Made by a program: the position numbers and the translations under genes. The notes beneath the pieces are model-generated. The model saw nothing but the letters and a program-made list of their open reading frames with translations. It did no database searches and was not told where the DNA came from. DNA of 63,786 bases, the filler included, from Octopus bimaculoides (Eukaryota): assembly GCF_001194135.2 (NCBI RefSeq). It is 9 parts of 9 records of this genome, joined end to end, with 100 filler letters (N's around TTAATTAATTAA, not from the genome) between each part and the next. Parts side by side here need not be neighbours in the genome. Positions count along the whole stretch, not along the records: positions 60,041 to 63,786 come from NC_068987.1; 8 more parts are not named here. One strand, written 5' to 3'. Position 1 is the first letter of the stretch. Every line of letters begins with the position of its first letter. Positions 63,671 to 63,786 of this stretch are shown piece by piece.

Positions 63671-63786
63671 GGCCTGATATTTAGGGTGTTGGGCTCATGA
63701 ACATAAGACCAAAGTTTCGATTCCCGGACGGGTCGGTGCGTTGTGTTCTTGAGCAAAACACATCATTTCATGTTGCTCCAGTCCAC
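63671..63786 (+). mobile_element. SINE family C head, truncated by the window end
   Basis: GTTTCGATTCCCGG..TTGTGTTCTTGAGCAAAACAC..GTTGCTCCAGTCCAC. Confidence 0.7.

Noticed and set aside
6796-63786. tRNA-like A/B boxes at SINE heads as tRNA genes; regularly recurring SINE cores as a CRISPR-like array
   Set aside because: No cloverleaf or acceptor stem; the copies are dispersed in both orientations with long tails, not repeat-spacer arrays

Overview
Repeat-saturated, gappy animal genomic DNA. About 9 kb (~14%) is N, and eight 100-bp N44-TTAATTAATTAA-N44 scaffold joins split the window. The C2H2-ZNF style, tRNA-SINE families and microsatellite load point to a coleoid cephalopod, most likely an Octopus draft assembly (inference). 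Almost all ORFs in the supplied track are microsatellite or gap artefacts. Host coding sequence I can support: (i) the last two coding exons of an SLC6 (Na+/Cl- neurotransmitter/amino-acid transporter) gene on the minus strand, 15849-15640 and 13999-13877; the terminal exon is in a frame the ORF track does not show and contains an in-frame A15 run; (ii) a probable signal-peptide first coding exon on the plus strand (61602-61662); (iii) a head-to-head pair of decayed C2H2 zinc-finger genes (4956-6064). The rest is SINEs (four families), RTE, R4/Dong and Penelope-like retroelement fragments, a solo LTR, mariner/hAT/piggyBac MITEs, a telomere-like 56-bp higher-order repeat and simple repeats. The most interesting theme is RNA structure: several long inverted repeats around the SLC6 3' end (candidate ADAR substrates or hairpin-RNA sources) and hammerhead-ribozyme-like relics. 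I found no clearly new multi-gene system. No CRISPR, rRNA or true tRNA genes were seen.
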